Positions 24,988 to 37,924 of a DNA stretch of 64,000 nt are shown here, piece by piece (the stretch's first letter is position 1; each line of letters begins with the position of its first letter). The translations under genes were made by a program, and so were the position numbers. The notes below the pieces were generated by a model. It was given only the letters and a program-made list of their open reading frames with translations, was not told the origin of the DNA and did no database searches. This stretch comes from Octopus bimaculoides. Lineage: Eukaryota. The stretch is from NCBI RefSeq assembly GCF_001194135.2, contig NC_068982.1, positions 77,132,529 to 77,196,528 on the forward strand, given 5' to 3'.

Positions 24988-25225
24988 CAGTGGCAGCTCA
25001 GATAAAATTAGTTGGGGTGCTGCTTCAGACAATTTAGCCGTTGTTTTAATATTGTGTAAAAGGAAACAAACATATAAAAAGAATATTTATACATAAACTT
25101 GAGCGGTTCATGTTTTAGCCACTGAACACTGCTGCAAATTCCCACTTGTTTTTCAAAAATCCCCCCTAGATCACAAAATAATGGGAGAAATCTGCCCTAT
25201 TTTTCAAATCCTGACAGCAACACTG
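24988..25225 (+). mobile_element. hAT-type MITE (CAGTGGC termini), decayed copy
   Basis: Aligns along its length with 50974-51237; 5' CAGTGGCAGCTC. Confidence 0.6.
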
Positions 25226-25624
25226 AAGCTGGGAGCAGGATAATAATCTAATTCTACACTTTATTGCATTCAAGAATATAAACACGTTTTTAAGCACAAC
25301 ACATGTGGAGTCAAAAAGAAACACTACCTTTAACTGGCACTGTGTGAACGACAATGCTGTCCCTCCCTAATTTGAAGCTTCCTATCTTGGAGATGTGAGC
25401 CTGCACACAACAGCCAAACACAGCATCACTGGAACTGTGAAGCGCGCAGTTCTATACAAGGATTTTTGTATTTTTTTCATAAACTAGGGGATGGCTACTG
25501 ACATTAAGTTTAAGGATTATATAAAGAAAGAATTAAAGAAAAAAGGACTCATTATATTGAATGTTATCAATAATATTGAGTGGAAATAATGGGTGCTGCA
25601 GTTCCACAGTGCCTATATACAAGC

Positions 25625-25839
25625 TGCCACTGGTCATGGCCGATGCCAGTCTTTTGCAAGTGGCACATGAAAAGCAATCATTACACTCTTGGAGTGGTTA
25701 GCATTAGGAGGGGCATCCAGCTGTAGAAACCATACCAGATCAGATCAGAACTTGGTGCAGCTCCCCACTAGTTTTCAGTCAAACTGTCAAACCCATACCA
25801 GCATGGAAAATGGGCATTAAATGATGATGATGATGATGA

Positions 25840-25840
<1 letters not shown>
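25625..25840 (+). mobile_element. RTE-associated non-autonomous repeat ending in (GAT)n
   Basis: gcacatgaaaagc...ggagggcatccagctgtagaaacc...ccagcatggaaaatgggcattaaat(gat)n. Confidence 0.6.
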
Positions 25841-25890
<50 letters not shown>

Positions 25891-28149
25891 TATCTACATA
25901 TATAAATATACATATGTAGCAAACATCTACAAAATGTCTGAGCCAGGATTCAAAATTGAATCCACATATTTCTATGAATCATCTGCCTATTGTTTTAACC
26001 TGTTGCACTAACAAATTTATGAGAATAAGCTGAGCTCTTGATCTTTCTCAAGGCATTCATTGGTCAAACCTGATTAGAGAAGAAAAATCTTTAGTTTTTG
26101 CTTGAGCTAATCTAGCTACGAAGAATATAAATACCTAGAGCCAAATAACTTTCTCTTTGGACCAACTGATCTCTGGTCAAAGAGCAACTCTTTCAGTATG
26201 CTGATCAATGTATGACAGTAGATTTATCACCCGTTCTATCTACTTATGTTCCTTTTACCCTCACAGCGATGAAACTAACTATCTACAGAATGCACTGGAG
26301 ATCTACAGATAACTTTTGTCTACACAACTATAAAAAGTTATTTTCTATATTGTAATGACTCACATAATAATCATATATAAGTAAATGACCATTATAATTA
26401 ATTGATATTTTTCTTTATCATTCATTTATTTGATGCATCTTCACATTAAACTTTATCATTATAACTGGTAACACCTCTACATATGTGCTTGTTGCCATGA
26501 CTCTAGTTGTCCATTCATACTCACTGATGGTTGCTCTCAATAACTTTTGCTTGGGAATCTTTTGTATATTATATATAATTATTGCCAGATTGGAAGAAAG
26601 AGAGACATACTGTTATTCAAACAATGGGTATTTTGGGAGGTTTATTGTTCTGTCAGTTTAACTGTCCACCACATACAAAAGGATAGCAGAGGTCAAGTGG
26701 CAAAGACATTATTCTGCTTAGTGAATGCATCTGGCAAAGACATTATTCTGCTTAGTGAAGGCATCTGGCAAAGTGAAATTTGGTGATTGAGGATCGAATC
26801 CATGCTATGCCTGCATGAAGCCACTACAAATATATTCATTATGAAGCAAATAAAAAAGAAAATAACAAAGAAAAGGGATTATAAATAATTGACAAATATT
26901 TGTATCAAGCCTAAGCCACAGAGTTCTCAACAACAACCATGTCTACAACACATATTCATATAACCTCAAATAATATAGCCATATTGTAATACCAAGTCAA
27001 ATATTCTTATGTGATATTTCTAGAAAATCAGGAACTAAATCACCAATGAAGGCAGGAACATAAAATAGAAAATAAACACTTTGCACCTCAACCAGGATCA
27101 GCAAACTTCTGTAACAATAGGATTTGATCTCATGTTTTGCTGCATGAAAATTATATCTTAATATGTGCAAACCCAATTGTTATTCAATCAACGGCTGTTT
27201 TTCACATGATAGTTCAATGGCTCATCTAGACTTTCCATGAACACAGCCTATAAATACAGTCAAATATTCTGCCAATTTTGCAGAGTGTCGCAAACATCAG
27301 AACCTCCATAACGTTCTCCACTCTAACCACCTTCCCATTCGCATTCACTCTCTTCATTAGGTGTTTTCACAGCTACATATTGAACCTGGAATGATCAAAG
27401 AAGACACATCATAACACCATGAATCTCATGTGTAAAAATTAGCCCAAATATTGAATTCCTAGCAAAAACTTCCTGCACATGTCATATATGCCACTTCATC
27501 TGAATATTTCTTTGCTTGTATTGCATAAATACCTTCTCTATTAATGTAACAATAAATTATGTTCTAAAACAAAGCTTTTCAACTTGTTACACTTCTTATA
27601 TGATTGATTCTTTTATGGAATCATTGATAACTAATTGACAACCCCTCTTACAATCATGTAAGTTTCTAAAATAAAATTAAATAGTATAATTTAGAAAAAT
27701 TTCTCTGTCTAAAAACAATAACTCTTTCATTGTTTTGTGTCATTATCACTTTTTGATAAGAAATATTTAAAGGAATTTAATGAAAGTACTGAATGAAATT
27801 GATGAAGAACAATAAAAATCCAATTCTATTATATTGATATAGTTGGAATATTTACTGTGAAGCATGTGTTTAGTGAACACTGGTTTTGGCATCAGTGTTT
27901 GGGTTGAAAGTATTGAGTTTTAACATTAAATTACTGTACTCTTCCAAATTCAGTTCCTAATAATTCAGCCCTTTTAAAACTCAAAATTGTTTCAGGTGTT
28001 TATTGACCTCTTGGGTAGCCACATAGACCCCCACCCAACCCCACCGGGGGTTGGGGTGGGGTCGATATTGACCACTTTGCTAACCTCTGACGAAGACTGA
28101 TTTTTTTTCATCCCACTCCTTCCATCAAAACTTCCCAAAACAGTACAAA

Positions 28150-28657
28150 TATACGAAGCCCAATATACCCATCATGACTATCCATCTAATAGGAGTACAC
28201 AAGGCATATGCATGACAACCATTTGTGTGTGACTTGGTGATTTCCTATCAAGATACAGAGTGCATGACTTTGCAGGTGGAGTCCAGTTAGAATATTCTTC
28301 AGCTTGAGTGACCCATCCTGCTCAAAAGGTCCCTGAATAAGATTTGTTTAAGGATGATGAACAAAACACTCATGTTTCTAAGGATGAATTATTCAAACCA
28401 TAAAAAATTCCTCTCATTATATGGCTATGATGCTCCCTGCTACTTCTACTCATGTTCAGATATGCACACATCATCAGCCACCAAGGGACATGCTCAACTA
28501 GTTGAAGTTAAGCAACTGGCAAATAAATCTGTGGTATTGAGCAGAATATTTGCTGTAGCCCATCTTTTATACCAAGACAAAACACGTACATGATAACACT
28601 TCCAATCAGCTAAGAACAAAAGCCATGAAAGCAACTGCCTGGTACTGCATCAGGGCA
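28150..28657 (-). mobile_element. Unclassified ~550-bp interspersed repeat (family C)
   Basis: Same sequence at 30853-31065, 34882-35420, 40783-41335 and 61715-61923; strand assigned from the (AAT)n-tailed end. Confidence 0.75.
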
Positions 28658-28672
28658 TTTATCATTATTGTT

Positions 28673-28715
<43 letters not shown>

Positions 28716-28720
28716 TTAAA

Positions 28721-28930
28721 GGTGGAGAGCAGGCAGAATCATTACCACGTCAGGTGAAATGCTTAGTGGTATTTCATCTGGCTTTACATTGAGTTCAAAT
28801 TCTGTCAAGGTCAACTTTGTCTTTCATCATTTTGTGGTCAATAAATTAAGTACCAGTTCAAACTGGAGTCGATCTAATCAACTGGTCCCTCCCTCAAAAT
28901 TTCAGGCCTTGTGTCTATAGTAGAAAGGAT
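28721..28930 (+). mobile_element. tRNA-derived SINE with Nin-like central domain
   Basis: A/B boxes (GGCAGAATC, GAGTTCAAATTC), GTCTTTCATC...AATAAATTAAGTACCAG core, ends GAAAGGATT(ATT)n; at least 15 copies in the window. Confidence 0.8.
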
Positions 28931-28941
28931 TATCATTGTTG

Positions 28942-29027
<86 letters not shown>

Positions 29028-29036
29028 GTTATTAAA

Positions 29037-29231
29037 GGCGATGAGCTGGCAGAATCGCTAGCATGCCGTGCGAAATGCTTAGCAGCATTCTGAGTTCAAA
29101 TTCTGCCAAGGTTGACTTTGCCTTTTGTCCTTTTGGGATTGATGAAATAAGTACCAGTTACGCACTGGAGTCGATGTAATCAACTACCCCTTCCCCCACA
29201 ATTTCAGGCATTGTACCTATAGTAGAAAGGA
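29037..29231 (+). mobile_element. Nin-like SINE copy
   Basis: GGCGATGAGCTGGCAGAATCG...GAGTTCAAATTC...GAAAGGATTATT; flanked by (ATT)n. Confidence 0.8.
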
Positions 29232-29374
29232 TTATTATTATTATTATTCAACATTTGATAGTTTCAGGCAGATTACTACTGAATCACCTTCCACACCTAT
29301 GCTGCTGAGGTGTGTGCAGCATTGTGTGTTCTTTTTTATTATTATTTTATTCATTATTATTGTTGTTATTACTC

Positions 29375-29582
29375 ATATTACCCTGCACGTGTAAGTGAAA
29401 GGACGGTATTGTAATTACTCATCTTTGTCTGTTTATCTGTGTGTTTTCAAAATTACTGGAAAATGGCAGAATGGATTTTCACCAAATTTGGTTGAAATAC
29501 TCATTGGGTGAGTGTCTCAAAATGATGAAAATTTTGTTTGATTATCTTCAAACATACATAAGTACACACATAGATGTGCGAC

Positions 29583-29614
<32 letters not shown>

Positions 29615-30210
29615 TATACAGTGATGGATTTGAGGGTTTCATTTATTTATGAGTTGGTTTCTTAATTTCACCAGAGTGTAAATACTTACCATGGTGATAC
29701 TTTATAAAAATTTTTTTGACTTAAAATAAATCATACTTACAAATTTCTGATAAGCAAGTGGTCATATTATTTATATCCTACAATGAACTACAGTACATTT
29801 GATTCGCCTGCTATCATTGAAAGGCATTGCTAGGCAATATTTTCTATAAGTATTTCATTTTGTTCACTTTCTTTATCATATGAATTGACCCTCGTCTGCA
29901 TGTGTATAGCTCATGGTGTACCTATGCACATAGACAAATGTGAGTACATACATACATAAATGCATACATAGATATGTGACTTGTATGTGTGTGCATGTGC
30001 GTGTGCATGTGTGTGTGTACAGCGTTGAATTTGAAGGTTTCATTTATTTATGAATTGTTTTCTTAATTTCACTGTTCTTAGGCTTCTAATCCTCTTTTAG
30101 TCAAACACTTACAAAGCTTAATTCAGTTCAATTAAAAAGTATAGGTAAGCAAAGTATTGTAAGCCACACTATAATTTGTGAAAAAATTTATCTGTGCGCA
30201 GGGTATGCAT
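29375..30210 (+). mobile_element. Probable HINE/DINE-like non-autonomous element
   Basis: 5' attaccctgcac and 3' gcgcagggta inverted; tgtctgtt(t)atctgtgtg and ttttcaccaaatttgg motifs; internal ~130-bp duplication (29541-29670 vs 29940-30070). Confidence 0.4.
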
Positions 30211-31431
30211 CGCTATGTTCTGAGTTCAAATTCCACTGAGGTTGATTTTGCTTTTCATCATTTCAGGGTCGATAAATTAACTACCAGTAAAACACTGGGG
30301 TCAATGTAATCGACTAGTCCCCTTCCCAACAATTTCAGACGTTCTGTCTATAGTAGAAAGGATTATTATTATCATTATTTGACATTTGATAGTTTCAGGG
30401 AGATTTCTACTGCATCACCTGTTACATCTCTGTATTGCTGGTATGGGTGCAGCATTGTGTGTTCTACTTTGTTATTGGGGAAGTGGAAATTCTCCTGGTA
30501 TTGTATTGCAATCATTTGTTTTCTTATGGTATTTGGTTGTAATCGATGTGTTGTATTAACGTTTGCATTGTGTATTGTATGTGTAACGTGAGTTATTTTT
30601 CTGTTGGATATCTGACCAGTAGAGTGCATGTTGTGGGAGTTGTTTTAATTTATTGGTATAGAGTGTGACTAGTGTTTGTGGATTGTTTTATTTAAGTTGT
30701 GCTATTGAACTGATATTGCATTGTGTAGGATGTGGGCTGTTTCTAGCAGGGCTATTTTTTAGATAGTGTGTAGTGTTGAGAGTCCAGCTATAGCTTCTAT
30801 GTTTTTTTTATCATACTCAAATGCTCCAATTATCATTATTATTATTATCATTGAGTAAGAGAGAAACACATGCCATCAAAGTGACACTGGGGTACAAATA
30901 TATGAAACCCAATATACCCATCATGACTACCCATCTGATAAGGGTACACCAGGCACATGCATCACAACCATATGTGCATGACATTGTGATTTCATATCAA
31001 GATAGACAACACATGACCTTGAAAGTGGGACTTAATTAGAATTTTCTTCAGCTTGAGTAGCTATCCCACTTTTTGTGCCATGTCTGCATTAAATATGATA
31101 TACAGATGGATATCAATTCTAGTCTTACCTTGAATGTTTCCCCTGTCTGAGTACAGAACAATCAATAGTGAACATTTTCGTGTATTCATCATCATCATCA
31201 GGTAACGTCTACTTTTCCATGCTTGCATGGAAAACACTGAGTTTAGCGAGGTAGGTTTTCTGTGGTTGGATACTTTTCCTGTTGCCAACCCTCATCTGTT
31301 TCCAAGTATTATATTTACCACTAGCAAAACATGTTGTCACAGAATATTTGAAATGAATAACATTAATTTACAACAATCATATGATATCGAGACAAGGACA
31401 CAAACATACACACACTCACATACATATTTCT

Positions 31432-31469
<38 letters not shown>

Positions 31470-32559
31470 NNNNNNNNNNNNNNNNNNNNNNNNNNNNNNN
31501 NNNNNNNNNNNNNNNNNNNNNNNNNNNNNNNNNNNNNNNNNNNNNNNNNNNNNNNNNNNNNNNNNNNNNATAATTAATTATCAAGGGAATGATCTAAAGG
31601 TTTGCTGTAAAAATGTATCCATCTTACCATTAATTCCTGCCTCTTATTCAGGATGTTATACTCTGATGTAAGTGTTAACAGTGACTCTTCCAGACAAAGT
31701 ACAGATCTAGTTTTCCCTGTCATATTAAGCAGTGCTTAATATTGATCACTTAATATCATACTTTGTTTTGTTATCTTTAAGCTCTCAAATTAGCTTGCTT
31801 AACCCTATCACACTGTGTTCCTAGTATAGCACCACTATTCCGGAAACATGTAATAACCTAAACATAATCTCTACTGGATTCCTGTTAAAGCATTAATGAG
31901 CAACATACTAGAAAAAGAAGATAAAATTCTAAAAATAGATGACCAATCACGTTGCTTTGCAGTTAAATGTGTTTATGACTTGTTAATGGTTCCCCTTGTA
32001 GCTATTGTTTACTTTCATTTTTATTTGAAAAAATAGATTTTTGTGATGAAACAAGCATATGATGAACCCAGCACTTCATCTGGAAAATGAGCAAGGCCTA
32101 GACTCATCACAGTTGAGGAAGCTATTGATGATTTTTATTCTTCAGATGAAGAGTTTATCATTACACAGGCAATGAGAGGGATTTGGACAATCAGACTGGT
32201 GAAAGTAATGAAGAATGTGGGGATTCAGCTGAACAAATACAGTAGTTGAGAGATAGGCCTATTATTGTTATTATCCTGAATTTTCTTTTTGTAATTGTTC
32301 CTTTTGATCTGTATATGCAAACTATTTATTTTTTTGTACTGGAGCCCAGGTGGAGGGAAGACACAGAAGCTCAAGTCTGAGAGGCTTAATGAGGTTGATC
32401 TTTCCTTATTCCTATATATAAATGATGGGATGTGGTTATATCAAAACTTGAATGTTGTTGTGCAACAGACTATATAATGGTAAACTATTCTATCTGTAAC
32501 AACTGAGGAACTATAAACTAAACTTTTCTTAAGACATTATGCATCTAATGGACATGTAT

Positions 32560-33136
32560 TAGGGTTCCTACAGTTACAATTATCATTATAATTGTTGTTG
32601 TTTTGTTGTTGTTGCTGTTACTCCTACTTCTAAAATTATGTCTGCTGCTATTATACCTTTTGTTATTTGTATCCCCATCACTATTATTATTAATTCTACT
32701 TTTACTTTCATTATTGCTGACATTGCTATGGTCCTTATCTCCATTATTGTTCTTTCTATTATTATCTTTATCACCATCTTGTTTTTTGTGAGTTCTATTA
32801 TACATAAGCATAATTAGTATTATGTATTAGTACTGTTTCCAATATAGTTTACATATTTTGTACCACCGCTGCTAATATTATTATTTCAAATACTCTGATT
32901 AGTATTACTGTTGTTGTTGTTGTTGTTGTTCTTGTTGTTNNNNNNNNNNNNNNNNNNNNNNNNNNNNNNNNNNNNNNNNNNNNNNNNNNNNNNNNNNNNN
33001 NNNNNNNNNNNNNNNNNNNNNNNNNNNNNNNNNNNNNNNNNNNNNNNNNNNNNNNNNNNNNNNNNNNNNNNNNATTATTATCATTATCATTATCATTATT
33101 ATTACTATTATTATCATTACTATCATTGTTGTTGCT

Positions 33137-33170
<34 letters not shown>

Positions 33171-33210
33171 TTGTTGTTGTTGTTGTTGTTGTTATTATTA
33201 TTATTATTAT
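32560..33210. repeat. Compound, degenerate (ATT/GTT/ATC)n low-complexity tract with gap
   Basis: Triplet-periodic sequence; source of the poly-L/I/Q pseudo-ORFs. Confidence 0.85.
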
Positions 33211-33600
33211 TCTTGCCTTTGCACAGCTTCTAATGCTGGAGATGTACTACAGTGTCAGCTGTTCACTACTAGAGAACTAAGGTAACACGTCTTATTTTTC
33301 GAGCACCTTCCGGAGTATTCGAGTGGTTCCAAGCAGTACTGTTTTCTGCAAGTGCTCCACCCTTATTGCAGCCCCTATTTTTTCCATGTACTTCTCAAAA
33401 TTTTTGCTCACTGTTCCCAGGGCTCCGACAATTATTGGTACTACTTGCTACCTTTTTCATTGACCACAACTGCTTAATTTCCCAAGCTAACCTGTCATAT
33501 CTCTCAACTTTTCTTTCTTCCTTATCGCATACCTTATTGTCAGCTGGGCATGCTATATCTATAATCCAGCATAGTTTGTTTTCTTTCTCAATTAAGACTA
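33210..33600 (-). mobile_element. R4/Dong-like 3' fragment (PD..D RLE domain)
   Basis: RKPDIVLIEKENKLCWIIDIACPADNKV...VVPIIVGALG...LQKTVLLGTTRILRKVLE; ends in (AAT)n. Confidence 0.85.
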
Positions 33601-33734
33601 TGTCTGGCTTCCTAGTCTTAATTGAGAAAGGAAACAAACTATGCAGGATCATAAATATAGCATCCCCAGCTGACAACAAGGTATGCGATAAGGAAGAAAG
33701 AAAAGTTGAGAGATATGACAGATTAGCTTGGGAA
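33479..33734. repeat. Fold-back inverted duplication, ~122-bp arms with a 12-nt loop
   Basis: 33479-33600 is the reverse complement of 33613-33734 with a few substitutions. Confidence 0.9.
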
Positions 33735-33778
<44 letters not shown>

Positions 33779-33993
33779 AACAGTGAGTGGGCAGAACCGT
33801 TAGCACATCAGGCAAAATACTAAGTGGCATTTGGTCTGTCCTTATGTTCTGAGTTCAAATCACGCCATTCATCTGTTTTGGAGACAAAATAAATACCAGT
33901 AGAGCTCTGGGATCAATGTAATCGACTGACTCCTTCCCCTGAAATTACATTGTGCCAAAATTTGAAACTATTATTATTATAATAATAATAATA

Positions 33994-34037
<44 letters not shown>

Positions 34038-34038
34038 A

Positions 34039-34256
34039 GGTGGCAAGTTAGCAGAATTGTTAGCACACTGGATGAAATGCTTAATGGTATTTCACTCATC
34101 ACTACACTCTGAGTTCAAATTCCGCTGAGGTTAACTTTGCCTTTCATCCTTTCATGGTCAATAAATTAAGTACCAGTCAAGTACTTAATTGGGGTTGATG
34201 CAATTGACTTACCCACTCCCTGCAAATTTCAGGCCTTGTGCCTATTGTAGAAAGGA
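34039..34256 (+). mobile_element. Nin-like SINE copy
   Basis: A/B boxes, GCCTTTCATCCTTTC...AAATTAAGTACCAG, (ATT)n tail. Confidence 0.8.
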
Positions 34257-34282
34257 TTGTTATTATTGTTGTTGTTGTTGTT

Positions 34283-34590
34283 ATTGGAAAATATTCCTAA
34301 CATCAGGTTACAGCAAATAACCTTAGATACCAAGAATCTTCCCAAGTAACCTAGCTGTCCCTAATAATGTTGTTTTTCTAGAGCTGCACTAAAGTACATT
34401 TTATGCCTATTTCCCCTATCCATCTGTTCAAATCATTAGGAATAGTTCCTAATGTACCTATAACTACAGGGATACATTTTTTTAGGCAGACTTTCTACAA
34501 CCTCTGTAGCTCAATGGCTATGTCCTGGTACTCTGCTATTTTCTCTATATCTCTCAAATTGACTTTCTCATCATTTGAGACTGTAAAGTC
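34283..34590 (-). mobile_element. R4/Dong-like 3' fragment (same subfamily as 1880-2215)
   Basis: DFTVSNDEKVNLRDIEKIAEYQDIAIELQRL...IPVVIGTLG. Confidence 0.8.
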
Positions 34591-34627
34591 ATTTATTATT
34601 ATTATCATTATTATTATTATTATTAAA

Positions 34628-34842
34628 GGCGGCAAGCTGGCTGAATTGTTTGCACACCAGGTGAAATGATTAGCGGTATTTCGTCTGTCTTCACATTCTG
34701 AGTTCAAATTCCACTGAGGTTGACATTGCCTTTCATCCTTTTGGAGTTGATGAAATAAATACCAGTTATGAACTGGGATCAATATAATCAACTAGTCCCC
34801 TCCACCAAAATTTCAGGCCTTGTGCCTTTAGGAGAAAGGATT
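34628..34842 (+). mobile_element. Nin-like SINE copy
   Basis: Full head to tail, flanked by (ATT)n. Confidence 0.8.
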
Positions 34843-34843
34843 A

Positions 34844-34881
<38 letters not shown>

Positions 34882-35420
34882 GAGTGAGAGAGCAGTGCAT
34901 GCCACCAAAGTGACACTGGGGTAAAATATACGAAGCCCATTATACCCATCATGACCACCCGTCCGATAAGGGTACACCAGGCACATGCACCACAACCATA
35001 TGTGCGCGACATGGTGATCCCATATCAAGATAAACAGCGCATGACCTTGCAGGTAGGCCCAGTTAGAATTTTCTTCATGTCGAGTAGCCCATCCCGCTCA
35101 AAAGGTCCCTGAATAAGGTTTGTTTAAGGATGTTGAATGAAACACCCATGTTTCCAAAGGTGAATTATTCAAACCTCAAAGAATTCCTCTCAACACATGG
35201 CTATGATGCTCCCCCGCTACTTCTGCTCATGATCAGAGATGCACATATCGTCAGCCACCAAGGGATATGCTCAACTGGTTACGGTCAAACAACTGACAAG
35301 CAAATCTGTGGTATTAAGCAGAATATTTGCTGTAGCCCATCTTTTATACCAAGACAAAACAATGTACATGATAAGACTTCCAATCAATAAAGATCAGAAG
35401 CCATGAGAGTCATTGCCTAT
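34882..35420 (-). mobile_element. Family C repeat, near full length
   Basis: High similarity to 40783-41335 (reverse complement). Confidence 0.8.
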
Positions 35421-36122
35421 TAATATTATTGTTATTGTTATTGTTATTGTTACACTTTGCTACTGTTTAGGCTTTTTGTATCTTTAAGCATGAACTCTCT
35501 AAGTCAACAGATGTTGTGAGAAGCTAATGTAAACTTAACTGAATATTTATTTAACAATTTCCTGCATTGGTTTGATGGTAGGAAATACTTCCCTTGGGCC
35601 ATGAGGAATCTCCTTGGAATATTAGAGGCAATTTGGGCCCTGAATAGTGAATTATACCAGACTACTTGTTCTGATCTATTTCTACTTTTCGTAAAGTTAC
35701 ATCATTCACCACTATTCCTACGTACTATTTCATTGCGGACTAGTCTGCTTGCATTACGAGTAATCCTATTCAGGCAATTATGACTATCACTAACATCACA
35801 CTTGTTATCTTCCTCTGGTTTCCATTTATCAACATTAAACCTATCGTTTTTTGGGAAACAATTTAGAGCTATCTGCAGATTTACTCAAACTAGTATTACT
35901 GAACAAGCTGTTATATTTATGTTCATTTAGCTTATTTTCTGTTAGACGATGGTGTTTCTGTGTCTATTGACCCAACCATACCACTTGTGTTATGATTAAA
36001 TTTCCAATTATATTCTTTACAGCTAGTCCCAGAATATTTTCTTTTATTATTTATGGCAGCCACCAAAATCATATGTCCAATTTTTAACTTTACAATCCAT
36101 GATTGAATTGCTATTTATATTT

Positions 36123-36513
36123 GCGTATGTGGCTGTGTGGTAAGTAGCTTGCTTTCCAACCACATGGTTCCGGGTTCAGTCCCACTGTGTGGCACCTTGG
36201 GCAAATGTCTTCTACTATAGCCTCAGGCCAACCAAAGCCTTGTGAGTGGATTTGGTAGACGGAAACTGAAAGAAGCCCGTCGTATATATATGTATATATA
36301 TATATGTATGAGTGTTTGTGTGTCTGTGTTTGTCCCCCCACCATCGCTTGACAGCCAATGGTGGTGTGTTTACATCCCCGTAACTTAGTGGTTCAGCAAA
36401 AGAGACCGATAGAATAAGTACTAGGCTTCCAAAGAATAAGTCCTGCTCGACTAAAGGTGGTGCTCCAGCATGTCCGCAGTCAAATGACTGAAACAAGTAA
36501 AAGAGTAAAGAGT
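36123..36513 (+). mobile_element. tRNA-derived SINE family A
   Basis: GGCTGTGTGGTAAG / GGGTTCAGTCCC boxes, GGCACCTTGGGCAA core-like motif, internal (TA/TG)n, tail GAAACAAGTAAAAGAGTAAAG; further copies at 40258, 47752, 49605 and 58262. Confidence 0.8.
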
Positions 36514-36587
36514 ATANNNNNNNNNNNNNNNNNNNNNNNNNNNNNNNNNNNNNNNNNNNNNNNNNNNNNNATATATATATATGCATG

Positions 36588-36638
<51 letters not shown>

Positions 36639-36675
36639 GTATTTGTGTGTGTGTGTATCGCTGGCCAGCCAGATA

Positions 36676-37914
36676 CCAGTTTGAGTCAAAAGTTCATCAG
36701 TTTCACTGACCGAATCAAAAGTTGTTTCAGATTTTCACTGATGATTTTTTGGCAGCTTGTATCCAGGTTATATCATCAATTTGATACAATTTCTTGTACA
36801 ATTGTAGCTGAACTGTTTATTCTTTATTTTCATATGTAACATAAACATTTATTGATTATTCTTTATTTTACAGCTTTGATAATGAGTAGTGAAAAAATTG
36901 CAGTTAGAGCCATTTTATGCTGCTTGTGAAAAAAAGGACAGAGTGCAAAGGTAGCAGCAAAATAAATTAATGATGGGGTAGGCCCAGGAACTGTCAAAAA
37001 ATGCTTGGCACAAAGCCATATCAGACATTTCAAGGAACGTGATACCAGCCTTGAAGACAAACCATGGTCAGGGTGACCTGTTGTGAAAGATGAGACCTTG
37101 CTTGAAATGGTTGAACAACAGCCAAGCACAAGCACTCGTACATTCTCAGCAGAGCTTGGTGCTTCACAAAGCTTGCTCCTTCAATTGATACTTCCTTTAG
37201 TTTGGCCTTTTGAACAGATGCTACTGAGAAGTTCTTCATGAACTGAATAATAATGAGGCTCAATGACATGTGAACATTTGCAAACAATTGCTGACAAATC
37301 CTTGAGATGTCTGTTTTTAGCATTGAATTGTTGCTGGGAAACAAAACTGGATCTGTTTTCTTAATATAATCTGAATAAGAGAAATCAGTGGCTTGGTTCT
37401 GGCCAGCCTTTAAAACCTGCTATCAAACAATGATGGATTGAACAGAAGGTCATGTTGTGTGTTTGGTCGAATTTTGAAGGTTGTTGCATTTTGAGCTTCT
37501 CCCAACCTGCTACTCAGTATTGGTCAATTGAAAATGCACAGCCCTACAGCATGGCAATGTCCCAGCACACACTGCTAATATGACCTAGTGCAAACTAGAG
37601 GAAGTTGAGGGGTTGGAGGTGCTGCCTTACCCTGCTTACAGTCCTGACAACCATCAGATTATCACCTTTTCCAAGCCATGACTCATTTCCTGCACAGACA
37701 GAGTTTCAACAGTGTGAATGAAGAAACACAGGGAATTTTTTGCTTCTAAACCAGCCAAATGGTGTAAGTGCAGAATTGAGCTTCTGACACTACAATGATA
37801 ACAGACAATAGAATATGATGAGATATATTTTGATGAATAAATACTTTTCATATGTAATTTGTTTGAACTATTAACTAGAACTTGATATACAAAAAATCTT
37901 TTGACTCGACCTGG
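36676..37914 (+). mobile_element. Full-length decayed mariner (Tc1/mariner) transposon, 1239 bp
   Basis: TA|CCAGTTTGAGTCAAAAG ... CTTTTGACTCGACCTGG|TA; transposase remnants HFKERDTSLEDKPWSG*P, HGNVPAH (HDNA.PH-like) and YPAYSPD. Confidence 0.85.
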
Positions 37915-37924
37915 TATGTATATG

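Noticed and set aside
31799-32570. piggyBac remnant (TTAACCCT start, acidic EEAIDDFYSSDEE segment)
   Set aside because: No matching right TIR/TTAA and no catalytic motifs found; too decayed to support.
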